Numbered from the stretch's first letter, positions 12,851 through 26,336 are shown. The stretch is 64,000 nucleotides of DNA from Eledone cirrhosa (GCA_964016885.1 OZ024742.1:96720001-96784000); one strand, 5' to 3'. Program-made: numbers and translations. The notes: generated by a model not told the origin, from the letters alone.

Positions 12851-14875
12851 CAAAGTATTATAAAACATACACAAATTAACTCAATGAGCACTCTATACTT
12901 GTCGTTGGCTGCAAATTGTACCACGTGCTTACAAATTCCGTGTTCAGCAATATTTGTACTCTGAACGTAAAGTTATGTAATTGAATGTCTGAAAGAGCAT
13001 ATTGGTACGTCGATCATCTCATGATTCCACAATCTACTGCCCATCGTAAATTTGTTTAGGAAGAATTTTTACATAGACACAATACTATAAATTATTCGTA
13101 ATGGAGAGTGTTTGAATGGTTCCACTCACTTTCTGGATTAGAGCTTATTTTAGACACAGCGCTTTGAAGAGTGGCGCTAGGAGAAGTCTCGAACCGGTTG
13201 GTGTCTCATAACAACTGTATACCGTTTACCTCGACTGCGGTGGTGGTAATCGCATTCACAGAATAAATGTTTTCTAAAACGAGATTCCACATATTGCAAC
13301 ACTTCATCCGGCATCAACCTGGTGGTTTCGGCTTCGCCGGCCTCAAGGCAGAAGAACGGAAAATCAATCAATACCAGACATTCGCTGGTGTTTCTTTTTT
13401 TGTGTCGTTTACCGTTGGTTCTTTTGGTCACATTTGCCATTTCGCCCTGCTAAATTAGGAGAAGGGTAACACAGCGGAGGAACGAGCACCATGAAGTGGA
13501 ATGGCTGATGCAGCGGGTATCACTGGTTTTTCTCCGCGGAAATGCTTTCCCCTCCTTGTTCGCAGGTCGCAGCTAAGATATACCACCGAGTCAAGGGTGT
13601 GGTATTTGAGCACTCCTCCTTTTCGTTTTTCTTTCTCTTTTTCTCATATTTTAACATGGCAATATAAATAAAATTTAATATTTTGTTTCTTTTTTCGAGC
13701 ATTCATTCTTTTCAGAACGAAGTCTTCTAATTCTTAAAATAATCTATATTTATATTTGCATTAACTCTATTTCAAATATTCTAATATACGATCTAGCTTA
13801 GATATTTATTTACTTCAGTACATTGCCACATCAATGGGCATAATAAATCTAGACTGACGATTTCAGCTATATTCTACATTTACCATAATAAGATTCCACT
13901 TTATACAGAATCCTAAGAGGTATGTGAGGAGACAAATATCTCCGAAATGCTAATTTTTTTTTCTGTGTACAGAGGAGTTGCAGGAAATATTCTTACAGCT
14001 AAGGCTTCTGAAGTTCTAATAACAACTACATTAAAATTTACCGTGAGAGAAAGGAGAGAGGAAGAGAGTGGGAAGTGAGTGTAAATGTTTATTTCGTACT
14101 ATATCTGATATAATTTTCGGCAGAGCTGTTTTGCTAGAGAACGGATCGCAGTTGGCGGATAGCGATACTGGCACGAGATATGATTACTAGTTGCAATATA
14201 ATCTGGCAATTACGGACGAATAAGCAACCTCGGACCAGCCGGCGTAAACTACCACAGAATATGGAGCAATGGATGACATTTGTAGCTCCCAAGAAATCAC
14301 TCACAACTCAAAGGCAGTAACAAGGATGAGGTAAGTAAGGCTGCCTCTAAAAACAGCCTAGTCTTCACGGATTTTAGAAAGTACCAGATTGGTGTCTGGC
14401 ACGAATAAGAGCACCGAAATTGCAACTGCAATATGGTGAGAGGAACAAAAAAAAAAAAAGCCACAACTTCCTTCGCGTCGATTAACAAAGGACGCATTGA
14501 AGCCTTAGGTAGAGGGTCTGTTCGAAAATTATATTGCAGTCGCCATTTCATGACGCAAAAACTGGTGATGAGCCTGTGACCTGTCTTTGGAGGCGCGATA
14601 TGGACACACAAAGATTGCGTATTAATTCCATCACGGCTACCAACAGTGCAGTGTTGAACGAAATGAAACGAAATTCCCAATCATATGTTTTGTTCTGCAT
14701 CACTTACCATCTGGTGAGTACACTTCTATCTCTATCCATTTATTTATTGAGAGACGGAGAGAACCAGTATCAATTTTGTTTCTCGAATTACCATACCGCA
14801 AACTCCCATCTCACTAGCGGTATGTCAAATCAATTAGTGTTGAAGGTGGTATATATATATATATATATATATATT

Positions 14876-15826
14876 TCTTTATTTGCCACAGGGCGTACAA
14901 AAGTGGGACATTACAAGACGTGACGGCGGGGGTATTACATAAAAATCATATAACTTTAACATTAATAAATAACAATAAACTATATATAATAAAATAACAA
15001 TTGAAATCCCCAAGGTTGTTTTACACCCCGTGGATAGAACAATCCTTAACACAAGGAACACGTTTTGTAGGTGTTCCCGTCTTCCCTCTGTTTATCTTCC
15101 TCAACCTACAGGTTTATATACAGAGAAGGCCCATTCACTCGGGCCACTTTCGCCACATTCACCCACCTTTCAGCGAATTTACTGGGGTGTAGTACCTCTC
15201 TGTCCACTCTCATCTTCCTTCTGAAGTGGTACTTAAAGAAGGGGATAAGTTGTTGTCCGGAGAGAAAGGTGTTTGCCCTCAGTTCTTTTAACCTCGTCCA
15301 CCATATTACCTCTTTCGCCATAGCCACCAGGCAGAGGAAAACTGCCTCGCCTTCATTCTTAAATGAAGGCGGCGGGTTGATCCTCACGATGGACTCAGCT
15401 GAAAACTGGATGCGTCCCACACGTGACAGTAACCGTTCGACATAATTCCACAGGTCGGTCACCCCTGGGCACTGAACAATTGCATACAGAACGGTTTGGA
15501 TGTCCTGCTCGCATGTTGGACAAGTCCTTTTGGCAGGATCTCTGCCAGGGCGTCCGTTTCTGTAGATTTTGTCTCGAACTGGTAGAGCTCCTCGGTAGCA
15601 CTGCCAGGCCAGAGATCTCTGGAAGTTATTCATAGGCCCTAGACGGAAAGTCCTCCCGAACAGATTGGTCAGTGCGTCTTCCTCGATGCCTAGATTTTCC
15701 CCGAGAACGTCGTCGCACTTATCCTCCACTAATCCCCTATAGTATGTCGGAGTGGTATCTCAGCTGATTGCCGTTCCCGCTTGGTAGAGGGATGTGAGCG
15801 CCTGAAGGCACTCGAGGTGCCAGGTG
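14876..15826 (-). mobile_element. Tx1/L1-clade non-LTR retrotransposon, 5'-truncated 3' fragment
   Basis: ORF 15106-15729 has LAW..YRGALP and the zinc knuckle CPTC...VLYAIVQC typical of the L1/Tx1 ORF2 C-terminus. Homologous to 39380-39950. Confidence 0.85.
15106..15729 (-). pseudogene. Tx1-like ORF2 C-terminal (zf-RVT-like) fragment
   Basis: 207-aa ORF with the motifs above and no RT core. Confidence 0.8.
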
Positions 15827-15850
15827 TTTATATATATAGAGAGAGAGATA

Positions 15851-15929
<79 letters not shown>

Positions 15930-15989
15930 CGCGCGGGCACACACACACATATATATATATATATGTTGAGTGAGTGTGAAAGACCAAAA

Positions 15990-16189
15990 TTCATTATTGA
16001 AAGTCACTGGAATTCGCAAAATACATAATATTTTTTTATTGGGGAAGGTAAGATATTTTTCCGCAAAAAATTTGATTGCACTGTTTTATTTCCACTTATG
16101 TATTTTTTGAAAATATTATTTTTTTCATTCTATATGTAGGTGGGCACCCTTCATCAGGGAACCTATATTTTTAGAGGTAGTCCGCCACT
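15990..16189 (-). mobile_element. hAT-like DNA transposon end fragment
   Basis: Ends in CCGCCACTG (reverse complement CAGTGGCGG). A direct diverged copy lies at 18373-18598. Confidence 0.5.
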
Positions 16190-16190
16190 G

Positions 16191-16230
<40 letters not shown>

Positions 16231-16235
<5 letters not shown>

Positions 16236-16890
16236 AGGATGAATATAAAATGAAAGTGCTTTTTTTAAAAAGGAATTTATTAGGTATTGACATATGTTTC
16301 TGTAACAGACGGAATACCTATGTATCGCTGCTTGCGTAATCATATAATGTTAGCAAGTATTCGATAGCAAATGTATAATCAGTTGTCACTTCTTCAGAGA
16401 TTTTGGATAAATTGGATAAAATCAGAAAAATTGAAGTATTTATATTAGTAATAGAGGAAGAAACAGAGGGGATAGTATATGACAGATGGTAAATTAATTT
16501 ACTTGTTTAGCAGTAAATTAATTTACCATCTGTCATATACTATCCCCTCTGTTTCTTCCTCTATTACTAATATAAATACTTCAATTTTTCTGATTTTATC
16601 CAATTTATCCAAAATCTCTGAAGAAGTGACAACTGATTATACATTTGCTATCGAATACTTGCTAACATTATATGATTACGCAAGCAGCGATACATAGGTA
16701 TTCCGTCTGTTACAGAAACATATGTCAATACCTAATAAATTCCTTTTAAAAAAAAGCACTTTCATTTTATATTTATCCTTTCTACATTTTCTCCGGAATA
16801 TAATTTATACTCGTTGAGCAAACCTGCACGTACGCTGTTCATCTCTAACGTAACGATATATTATCACTACATTATTGATAACCTGAAATT
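16231..16890. mobile_element. Near-perfect ~550-bp palindrome with hammerhead-like core (Penelope-pLTR-like)
   Basis: Arms 16231-16503 and 16512-16784. CTGAAGA (16618) ... GAAACATATGTC (16715-16726). Flanked by (TA)n. Confidence 0.75.
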
Positions 16891-16939
16891 TTATATATAT
16901 ATATGGGTGTGTGTGTGTGTGTGTGTATGTATGTGTGTG

Positions 16940-18370
16940 TGATGCCGATCATTGTAAGTTTGAAAGTTTGAATCTAACTAACATGCAAACACATACATAT
17001 AGGAATAAGGTAAACTCAAATCATAGTAGATTCAAGTATCACAGATAGATAGAGAGAGAGAGAAAGAGAGAGCGCGCGAAATGAGGTGGAACAGAAATGA
17101 AACATGGATTACAGGTTAAAATGCAATCTAGATAAATGTGAAAGAAACCGAGGATGTAGTTTATGGAACACCCAAATGATTTAGAAGTCGACGTTAAATA
17201 AGAGCAAAAACATTAAGAAAGATATGAACGACACCACAGCATTTTGTTTTGAAAATTTTGAAAGTAGGTTCATAAGTATGAATTTTCATAAGATTTTCGT
17301 AGTTGTCTCAGTGGACTAGCGGTAGGTACTAGAAATGGTGGAGATCCTGACTTTCGTTTTAGTCCTGGTGAAGAGGTACATGTAACCTTTTTCAATTTTT
17401 TTATTTTACAAGGAATAGAAAAAACTGAAAAGGTTTACCGGGAACCCTTCTCCCGACCAGGATCGAACTTCAGATCAGGCTCACCACCATCTATGATTCC
17501 TCCAACTAGGCCACCGAGACAGCTATAAAAGTATAATGAAATTGATAATTATAAACTTACTTTCAAAATCAAATTTAAAAAGATGTGGTGTCGTTCATGG
17601 CTATTAGTAATATTTAGGGTCGACTTGTCAATCTTCTGGCCCTTTGGTAGCAACCCTATTATTCCTGTGTGTGCTTAACTGTTGAATTAATTTAATTTGA
17701 TTATTTCAGCAAACAAACAATATATATATATATCATGCCTATCATTGTAAATTTGAATCTGACATGCAAAACATATATATATGAATAAAGTAAGCCCAAA
17801 TCATAGTAGATTCAAATATCACAGAGAGAAAGAAAGAGGTGGGGAGAAATGAGGTGCAACAGAAATGAAACATGCATTACAATTTAAAATATAATTTAGA
17901 TAGATGTGAAACAAAAAGAGGTTCAGTTTATGGAATACCTAAAGGATTTAGAAGTCGACCTTAAGTAGGAGCAATAATTTTAAGAAAGACATGAACGACA
18001 CCACACTTTGTTTTGAAAAGTTTGAAAGTAGCTTTATAAATATGAACTTTCATAAGATTGTTGTTGTTGTTGTCTCTGTGGCCTAGCGGTTGGTCCTAGT
18101 GACGGTGAAGATCCTACCTTCGGTTCAATCCTGGTCAGTATTTATTTTACAACCAATAGGAAAAAACTGAAAAGGTTTACCAGGAATCCTGCTCCCGACC
18201 AGGAACGAACTTCAGACCAGGATCACCACCGTCTATGATTCCTCCAACTAAGCTACCGTCACAGCTACGGAAGTGGAATGTAAATTGATAATGTTAAACC
18301 TACTTTCAAAATCAAAATTAAAAAGATGTTGCTTTCCTAGAGCTATTAGTAATATTTAGGGTCGACTTCT
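16940..18370. repeat. Tandem duplication (two diverged units of ~650-800 bp), each containing a fold-back with two convergent tRNA-like units
   Basis: 16940-17630 aligns with 17735-18370. Internal inverted repeats are bounded by AAGTCGAC...GTCGACTT. Confidence 0.8.
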
Positions 18371-18598
18371 GGTCATTATTGAAAGTATCTGGATTTCGTA
18401 AAATACATATCTTTTATTGGAGGTTTATTTACCGCAAAAATCTTTACCGCAAAAATATGATTGCACTGTTTTGTTTCCACTTATGTATTTTTCGAAAATG
18501 TTATTTATTCATTATAAAAATTAAATGATAGCATTCTATATGTAGGTGGACCCCTTCATCTCCTGGCAACCAATATATTTAGACCCAGTCCACCACTG

Positions 18599-18630
<32 letters not shown>

Positions 18631-18858
18631 ACCTTTAACTTGTTTCTTGTTTTGTTTTTCACTTTCTCTGTTACGTACGTAACACACATAAGAAATCAAT
18701 TTCTGTGTTTGTCAGCTACCACATGATTTTATGTCATTCAAAACATTTTAGTTTCCCGTTCAATGTATCAATGTTTTTGTGTCATTTCAAATCACTCTTC
18801 TTATCTGTCTCTTCCTTTCTATCTATATATATATACATGTGTGTGTGTTTATACACAG

Positions 18859-18911
<53 letters not shown>

Positions 18912-18934
18912 ACTTTAACTTTGATAACTTTGAT

Positions 18935-19480
18935 GGCTTTCGATCAGTATTGTTCCAGGCCATGTCTAACTTAATAGCACCACCTGGCGAAGTCGGGATT
19001 GGGACACCATCGCCCACGCAAGTAGCGGAGGTTTATCCGGGATTTCTTGAAGGACTTCTTGAAATTTATGGGGTCTCTTTCTGTTTTAATATATTTTGGT
19101 GCAATGTTAAAGAGGGCGGGCCAATTGAGGTGAAATAATTGTGCCGTATTGTTGTCATGAGATGCGAGGGATTTTTGTTGTGGACGGATAGCACGGTGCC
19201 CAAGCCTCGAGTGTACCTTAAAGGTGATGCCAACATCATTTGGGCAATGATGATGGAATATTTGATCCTTTATACAGATGATGTAGCGCTCACGGAGACG
19301 TTGGAGAGAATAAAGTTTGAGTTTTTCTAGTCGACACCAATAGTCAAGGCCTGACAAGCCATCTATATTTTTCGTGATTGACCTTTGAGGAGCTTCAATT
19401 TTCATGATAATTTGTTTCGTGTGTGGAGACCACAGTGGACAATAGTATTCAAGGTGGGGTCGGGAAAAAGTGGATAATAA
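18935..19480 (-). mobile_element. CR1-type LINE 3' fragment
   Basis: RPHLEYYCPLWSPH...IEAPQRSITKNI.GLSGLDYWCRLEKLKLYSLQRLRERY is a characteristic CR1/L2-group ORF2 C-terminus. Confidence 0.85.
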
Positions 19481-20354
19481 GGGGGGGGGGGACAAAAGGG
19501 AGTGGAAAATTGGTAATTTTTCTAGGTTGTCTCCGTTCATTTTGTATAAAACAGAATTAGTCCTTTAGTTTACATATTGAGACCCAACCCATACTATTTA
19601 TTTTATAACGTATAGAATGTCAAGTTATGTACATTATTTGTCATGTAAAATGAAGTTTAATGTATAAAGAAAAATAATTGTCGCAGGAATGCTACCACTT
19701 AAAATAAAATGTTGCCAGTGATAGATGAGCAAAATGTAATAAGCGGGGGTGGAGTGGAATGAGAGCAGAAAGGTTGGAAAAATCTGGAAACATACTAAGC
19801 AGAATGGGATGAATATTCGAGACTGGGGAGTAGGTAAAAATATCCAAAGTATAGAACAACTCAAATCCGTAGGGCGAGATTGAATATAATTATTAATATT
19901 ACAATAATTATTAAGGCCAATTATTACCAGGTACATACATTTTGTTAACCCTGAGGACAAACTTATCCAACCTGTGCTGAGTTCATTTACGTCAGCAGAG
20001 GTTGAACAAGTTAGTGCGCGGGGTTAATGAAACGTACGTACCTGGTATGGCACGGTTATAACTGGCTTATAGTGGGGATTTTGTTTATTGTTTCGGTTGT
20101 TCATTGTGGAATGCTGGTGATAAGATAGTAGGTGAACTGAATGTGATGAGGTTGACATAATGGATGTTGTTGCCGTTGTGAAAGAGTCGGTGGGTTACTT
20201 ATTCCGGATAAGTGAAATGTGATAAAGTCAGGGGCGGTGGTACTGGGGGATTTGGCATGCCCACCCCTCCTAAATAATCATATTGTTCAGCCCAAACTAC
20301 CAAAGCACATCTATTCGTATATGCGCTACAATTTATGTGCATGCTATATAGTGG

Positions 20355-20980
20355 CAGATGGGAGATATAGATATAGAGAGGAGGAGAGTTTGGTGGTAAT
20401 TGAAATATAGAGGAAGGTTGGGAGAGTGTGTTGTATATTAGATCTGGAGAGGGGGAGAGATTGATGTTTATTGATATAGAGAGAGGAATTTGAAGAGAAT
20501 ACCTTGTAGTCGATGTACAGAAGAGGAGAGTTTGGCATTAATTGATATATAGAGAGGCGTTGGAAGAGAGATCCGTATAGTAGATATATATAGAGAGGGA
20601 TAGTTTGGTGGCAATTGATGTAGTGAGGGGCTTTGGGAGAGTATATTGTATATTAGATATAGAGAGGGGGATTGGAAGAGATTTCCGTGTAGTAGATATA
20701 TAGAGAGGGAAAATTTGATGGTTGTAGATATACAGTGATGGATAATGGGAGAGTGCTGTGTAGTAGATATAGAGAGGGTGATAGATATGCAGAGGAGTAT
20801 TGAGAAAGATAAGTGTAGGTATTTATAGAGAGTGTGAGAGTGTATTAGTCTTAGATATAGCGGCTGGGATAAGAGAGTAGGTGTTGTGGTAGATATAGAG
20901 AGGGGTAGAGTTTGGTTTTAGTGAATACACAGAGGGAGTTAAAAGAGAGTTTTGTGTGATAAACATTGGAGGAGAGATTT
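20355..20980. repeat. Degenerate AG-rich minisatellite (GTAGATATAGAGAGGG-containing unit, ~35-40 bp)
   Basis: Recurring AGATATAGAGAGG motifs. Confidence 0.8.
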
Positions 20981-21299
20981 GTGGCACTCTCGGGTCTCAA
21001 ATATTAGGAGGAGCGGCAATAATGGGAGGTGGGGATATCAGTAATTGGATAGTGTACGTTGGTATATATAGGATTTCTTGTAATGTTCTTCTTTTGTCAT
21101 ATATAATGTTTCTTAATGTAAAATATTATTAGATTCTCGAGCTGTTGTATGAATATGAATCACTTACAATAACATTTCACCGCAGATAGATTAGAAAAAT
21201 TTAATAGGCGAGTGTGGGTGGGGGTTATTGAAGACATGAAAGTACGTGAATTATTGATGGACGTAAGAATGAAAACACAATACCGAAGTATAGTTTGAA

Positions 21300-21427
21300 T
21301 ATTCATATTATGGCTAAGCCTTGTTACTCTGGAGTCTCACCTGCGTACTCCTCAGACGATGCTGGTCAGCCTGTGAGTGTGCAGGTGAAACTTTAGAGTA
21401 ACACATTTCATCAATAATCATACTAAA

Positions 21428-21433
<6 letters not shown>
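21300..21433. mobile_element. Small fold-back with decayed hammerhead-like core
   Basis: TGTTACTCTGGAGTCTCACCTGCGTACTC / GAGTGTGCAGGTGAAACTTTAGAGTAACA inverted arms beside (TA)n. Confidence 0.5.
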
Positions 21434-21477
<44 letters not shown>

Positions 21478-21584
21478 TGAATACATTTGGTATAATACCT
21501 GTTTCTTACCAAATGCTATGAAACTTGATATATTAACCCCCTAGGAAAAGGCACAGAGCATAATCTTTTTTAATTATATATTTA

Positions 21585-22986
21585 CAGTGGCGGTGGAACT
21601 AGGGGGTGGAATGCCCCCCTCCGATAATTATATTGTATCCCCAAACTAGCAAAACATCTATTTGGATATGCACTACAATTTATCTACATGTTATGTTTAT
21701 CACATATCGAGGTTTTCTGACCATTTTAAAGTGCGGTGATCTAAACTAATCACTACAACTAAATTGTCCACATTTTTAAAACTAAAAATTGAATAAATCA
21801 TACAAGATATTTTTTAAAGTTTCCAACCAATTTCTAACTTGAAGAAATTGAAAGATCGAATGGAGGTTTGTACAACTCTATATACGTGTATTACATCACC
21901 ATTTACACCGTATGTAATCTACTACTATTCCATTATATGGAATCATTTTGAACATTATTACTGGTATGTTGTGTGTTTATAATTTGCTTATCGGAGTCAA
22001 AATGTGCGTCATACTACTTAAAGATTTGCTAGCAACAGCTATTAGTGCATTCAAATACAATTAAATTCTCTCTTTTAATTTACAAGTAACTATTTTGAAA
22101 TCTGGTAGAGTTTTGCATGGCAGGATGCTGCTTATTGGAAAGAATACAAAGGTGGGTTGTTTTTCCAATGTTCATGTTTGTATTAGAATTTAAGAAAATA
22201 AATAAAAGTATTAATATATTATTATATTATAAATATTGAGTGCTTCTTCATTTATTGTTTACCAAGATCCCTAGTTCATAATCACATATATATGTATGTG
22301 TGTGTAAACCCACATTTGAGCGTTTTGTATATTATGTTTGTTTGCTGAGGACTTAGCTGCACTCGAGATGTCAGTATTAGACACCTATGAGATGTCAGTA
22401 TTATCTATTACATAATGGCTTGGCTGGTGACAACCTATCCAACACTTACTAACAGGAAGAAATGGATGTTACGTGATAATGATGATGATAAGGGCATAAC
22501 CAATGTTTATTGCTTCTCCTGAGGACGTCTGACTTGGTTTCTTCGTGTGTTTTGTAGTAATGTATAATTTTTAATGAAATGTTGCAGTGATGTAGTGTAC
22601 AAATATGTTGATGACATGGGAAAACTATTTAATTGTATAGGCCTACTTCGTTAATGCTTTCATTAACTGAATATGTTCAATTTGTGTTTGTAGTGGACTA
22701 AACGTAAACTGGGAATTTTACATCGTGATGCCTTTTAATTTCATGTTGATAATAATATCAATTAGGATAATGTCATTGATTTTCTGCAGGAACGCAATGT
22801 ATTTTCTACAACTATAATTCTGAGAAGAATAAATTCACGTAGCGCTTTTAAATTTCATTGACATAATCATATTATACATAATCGAAAACACATTTCTGCA
22901 AACCTTCATTGGAAAATATGCATTATTAAGAAAATTGAGGAGAAAAAATATATTTTGTGAGGAAGAAGGGCGCTACACTGCCACTG
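21585..22986. mobile_element. Possible non-autonomous hAT-like element
   Basis: Left end CAGTGGCGGTG and right end CACTGCCACTG. The left ~110 bp is also present at 20229-20346. No clear 8-bp TSD. Confidence 0.4.
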
Positions 22987-23104
22987 TTGAAAGAACGGAG
23001 TCGTTTTAACCCAGAGCTAGGTCATTACTCTGGAAACATCGAAGAACGTCACCCCCCCACCACACCCCTCACCCCCCACCCCCCAAAAAACATGTGAAAA
23101 GGGG

Positions 23105-23657
23105 ACAAAATCAAAGTAATGCTTACTGTTTTTTTCCGACCTCTAATGTGTTGTGCATCACACATATGGGGCAGAACAACATTTACAAAACAGTACTCTC
23201 AGTAAGTCCTCGAATGTATTGGTGATTTAGTTTGCTGAAATAGGCTGGATCTGTGGACCTTATAAAACTGGCAGCTACATCATGAAAATGCTTCCCAGCT
23301 TATTGATTGTAGGGGACCCAACGCTTCTTGGCAAATAAAGACATTTCATTCATCCGCCAACATCTCTATTCTCCAATCATGATTCCTCTGACTTCTGGTT
23401 GCCCCAAAAAATGATGATTCCTCTGAAAGCTCTTATATTGGGAGACAACAGGACGTCATGCAGACTGCAACAGAGGAGCTAAGAGCCATTTCGGAAGAAA
23501 CATTCCTGTAATGCTTAGAACAGTAAGAGGATCATTAGCTAAGAGTGCGTAGGCGCAACAGAGCTTCCTTTGAACGAGTTTCACAATCGAACACTACCAA
23601 GTAGGTAATTATCCCCCACCGACGTAAAGTTGGATATATTCTTGAGAGAAGTCATAA
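23105..23657 (+). pseudogene. Decayed mariner transposase 3' half
   Basis: Residual motifs across frames: KVMLTVFF, NWQLHHENA (the LHDNA motif), YSP...SDFWL. Confidence 0.75.
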
Positions 23658-24044
23658 ATGACTTCAACAATTACATCATAATCAATGATAAATAAATATA
23701 AATGAAAAAAAGCAAGAATAAAGAAATACGCCGAAGCCCAACCTTATGCTAGTGGACCTACCTAAATACCATAGCAACACAACACATTGTATATGTATAT
23801 GTAAGCTAAATCCCACGATTCCCAACCACATCAATGTAAGCCAATCGTATTCACCTCACCCTTTCCCATTTTTACTTCCGTAACACAACACCACATCCTA
23901 TAGTTATGTGTAAATCACCCATCATTCAAACTATAACTTCTCCGCTGTTGTTATTACTACCTGTCATCGAATTTATTATGATATACGTTAACAATATATA
24001 TGAAGTTGTGTCCCATGTTTTTCAAAATTTAATTAAAAAACTAG

Positions 24045-24660
24045 ACAACAATAGCCTGCGCATCGGCATTTCCTTGAGGCTCGGCCTCCGGATCTGCGAG
24101 CCACACCAATATCGCTGCGGTTCCACAGTGGACTCATTCGGCCGCCACCCGCATTCCTGTTGCCACAGTGACGGCCGCCTTCCACGCCATGCTGCCCTCA
24201 ACGAGGTCATAAAGCATGGCTTGGACGCTGCAGGCTTCCCTTCCCAGCTCGAACCGCTGGGGCTGGACGGAGGGTACGGCAAAAGGCCAGATGACTTGAC
24301 CATCTTCCCCTTCCGCGGTGGAAACCCCTCGTCTGGGATGCCACTTGCACCAACACTTTCTGCGGCTGCACCCTGGTGCAGTCTGCGACTAACCCGAGTT
24401 CTGCTGCACGTCGGGCTGAGGAGGTTAAACTCCTCAGATACCGGTCGTTCTCCGACAGGTTTGCGGTTGTACCCCTGGCAGTGGAGACTTATGGTGTCCT
24501 CGGCCCTAGGGCTACCTCCCTACTCCCCACCATAGGCGCTGAGCTGGACAGCCACAGGTGTGAGCCCCGCGTGTTGGAGTGGCTTTTCCAGCGCTTCTCT
24601 CTTGCCGTCCTCCGAGGAAACGCCTTCTCCATTCTGACCTCCGGGGCTGTGGAAAGGGGG
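24045..24660 (+). mobile_element. CRE-clade (restriction-like endonuclease) non-LTR retrotransposon 3' fragment
   Basis: GC-rich island. LRLGL..C...CG..VD.FG.H..SC, RHAALN and KRPD are followed after a frameshift by PLAVETYG and LFQRFSLAVLRGNA. Confidence 0.85.
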
Positions 24661-24945
24661 GGGGGGGGGGAATCGCGTATCATTCCATATTTAGGTATGG
24701 TTGAGAATCTCAATTAGGTAGCAACATCTCTCACTATTGTGCATATGTCATAGGACAAGAAGTTAATGCAAAGGTAACAACAACAATACCAGTGCAGCAA
24801 TCACTATAGAGACTGGTAAAATCCCGTTTGCACTGCCAAGCGCTTTCTGTTTCCGCTTGTCGCCGTGGTCGGGAATTTACCTCTCTCTCTTTTTCTCAAT
24901 ATATATATGTATATATATATATATATCTGTATATATATATATATA

Positions 24946-25711
24946 TCTGTATATATATAAAGACGAAGTTTTCTGTATGTGTGTGTATGTGTGTGTGGAC
25001 AATTTTTAATGAGGGCTCATATATTCTAAACCATTCGTGCGATTTCTTTAACATTTTTTACAGATCTTTTCCTTGCACAAAACCTGTACATGATCTATAA
25101 AGGCTTTCAAAAATCGATATTGGGGGCTTTGGAGACATTAAAAAAGTTTCGGTTATTTGTGTCAATTTTCGTGATTAAGTAAGACAAGAGTTATCTTTAA
25201 GTAAGACAAGAGTTATCTTTAGTAATTCGGCTCATTCGGATTTTAATTTACTCTTTGTACTTGAAACAAAAGGTACACTTCCTTGAAACTAACAATATCA
25301 TTTTGTATATTTCACAACCAGCAATTTCTAACAGATTACTAAGTTAAGTTATAGATTTGACATTGTATAATTTATCTTTTCAAGCTTGATGTTCATACAT
25401 TAAGTGATGTCATAACTTTTACAATATTATGCTTTGTACATAATAGTGTCTATTATTCACTTCACTTTTCTATTTCATGATGCGCTTTTACTGTTGTCAA
25501 AAAAATGTATACCTAGTCTGGATTTCTGTTGTTACATGGTATAACGGATGACCCCGAGCTCACATAGTAATTATTTCGCTGGAATGGTGCCCAAGGTTTT
25601 CATGTTTACATAAAGTACGTTTTTCTTCTATGTATTCAAATTTACTTTATTTAGTTTAATGATCTACATCGAAAGCTACTTGAACCGTCCAAAGGACAGG
25701 TAGTTTAGCTA

Positions 25712-25712
<1 letters not shown>
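24946..25712 (+). mobile_element. Non-autonomous Helitron (~770 bp)
   Basis: 5' A|TCTGTATATATATAAAG followed by a TGT-rich microsatellite. 3' hairpin CCGTCCAAAGGACAGG then ...GCTAG|T. Inserted in (TA)n. Confidence 0.8.
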
Positions 25713-25781
<69 letters not shown>

Positions 25782-25824
25782 ATTCATTTATTTATTTATT
25801 TAAATATCCTAGGTAGTAATATCA

Positions 25825-26165
25825 ACACATCTACAAAGAATTCCATACAGTGTAGCCATTGTGGACAATGGATGCACAAGTATTATAGCTTAATCACAGG
25901 TAAGCTGACTAAGAAGGTAGACAGAGTACTCAAGAAATATACTGACTCAAATGTTCATACGTTTCACTAGAAGTAGTAGAAAATGTTTGATATCTGTGGC
26001 AAGCACTTAAAGCAAATAAAAGCCGTGGTAGAGTGAAACCATAGAGATATGGGGTTAAGTTATGACGAATCATCTCAAGAAACTGAATCTCACGATGAAG
26101 ACAACACAGGATCTCACTACTAAGACCTGCCCACCAGTACATGCAAAAGCATTGCAGCACTGAAA
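25825..26165 (+). pseudogene. Old, deleted RTE fragment
   Basis: KNSIQCSHCGQWMHK...ITGKL matches [15 protein letters not shown]...ISGSL of the RTE at 55670-55790. Confidence 0.65.
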
Positions 26166-26287
26166 GTAAATGCAAGGAAAAATCAGAGATAACATACAGA
26201 AGTCTATTAACCTGCAGTAGATTAGACAAGCCTGGGTAGCCACAATGGAGCGCAATTGGTAGCCCTGCCTCCCCATAAAAACCAGAG

Positions 26288-26336
<49 letters not shown>

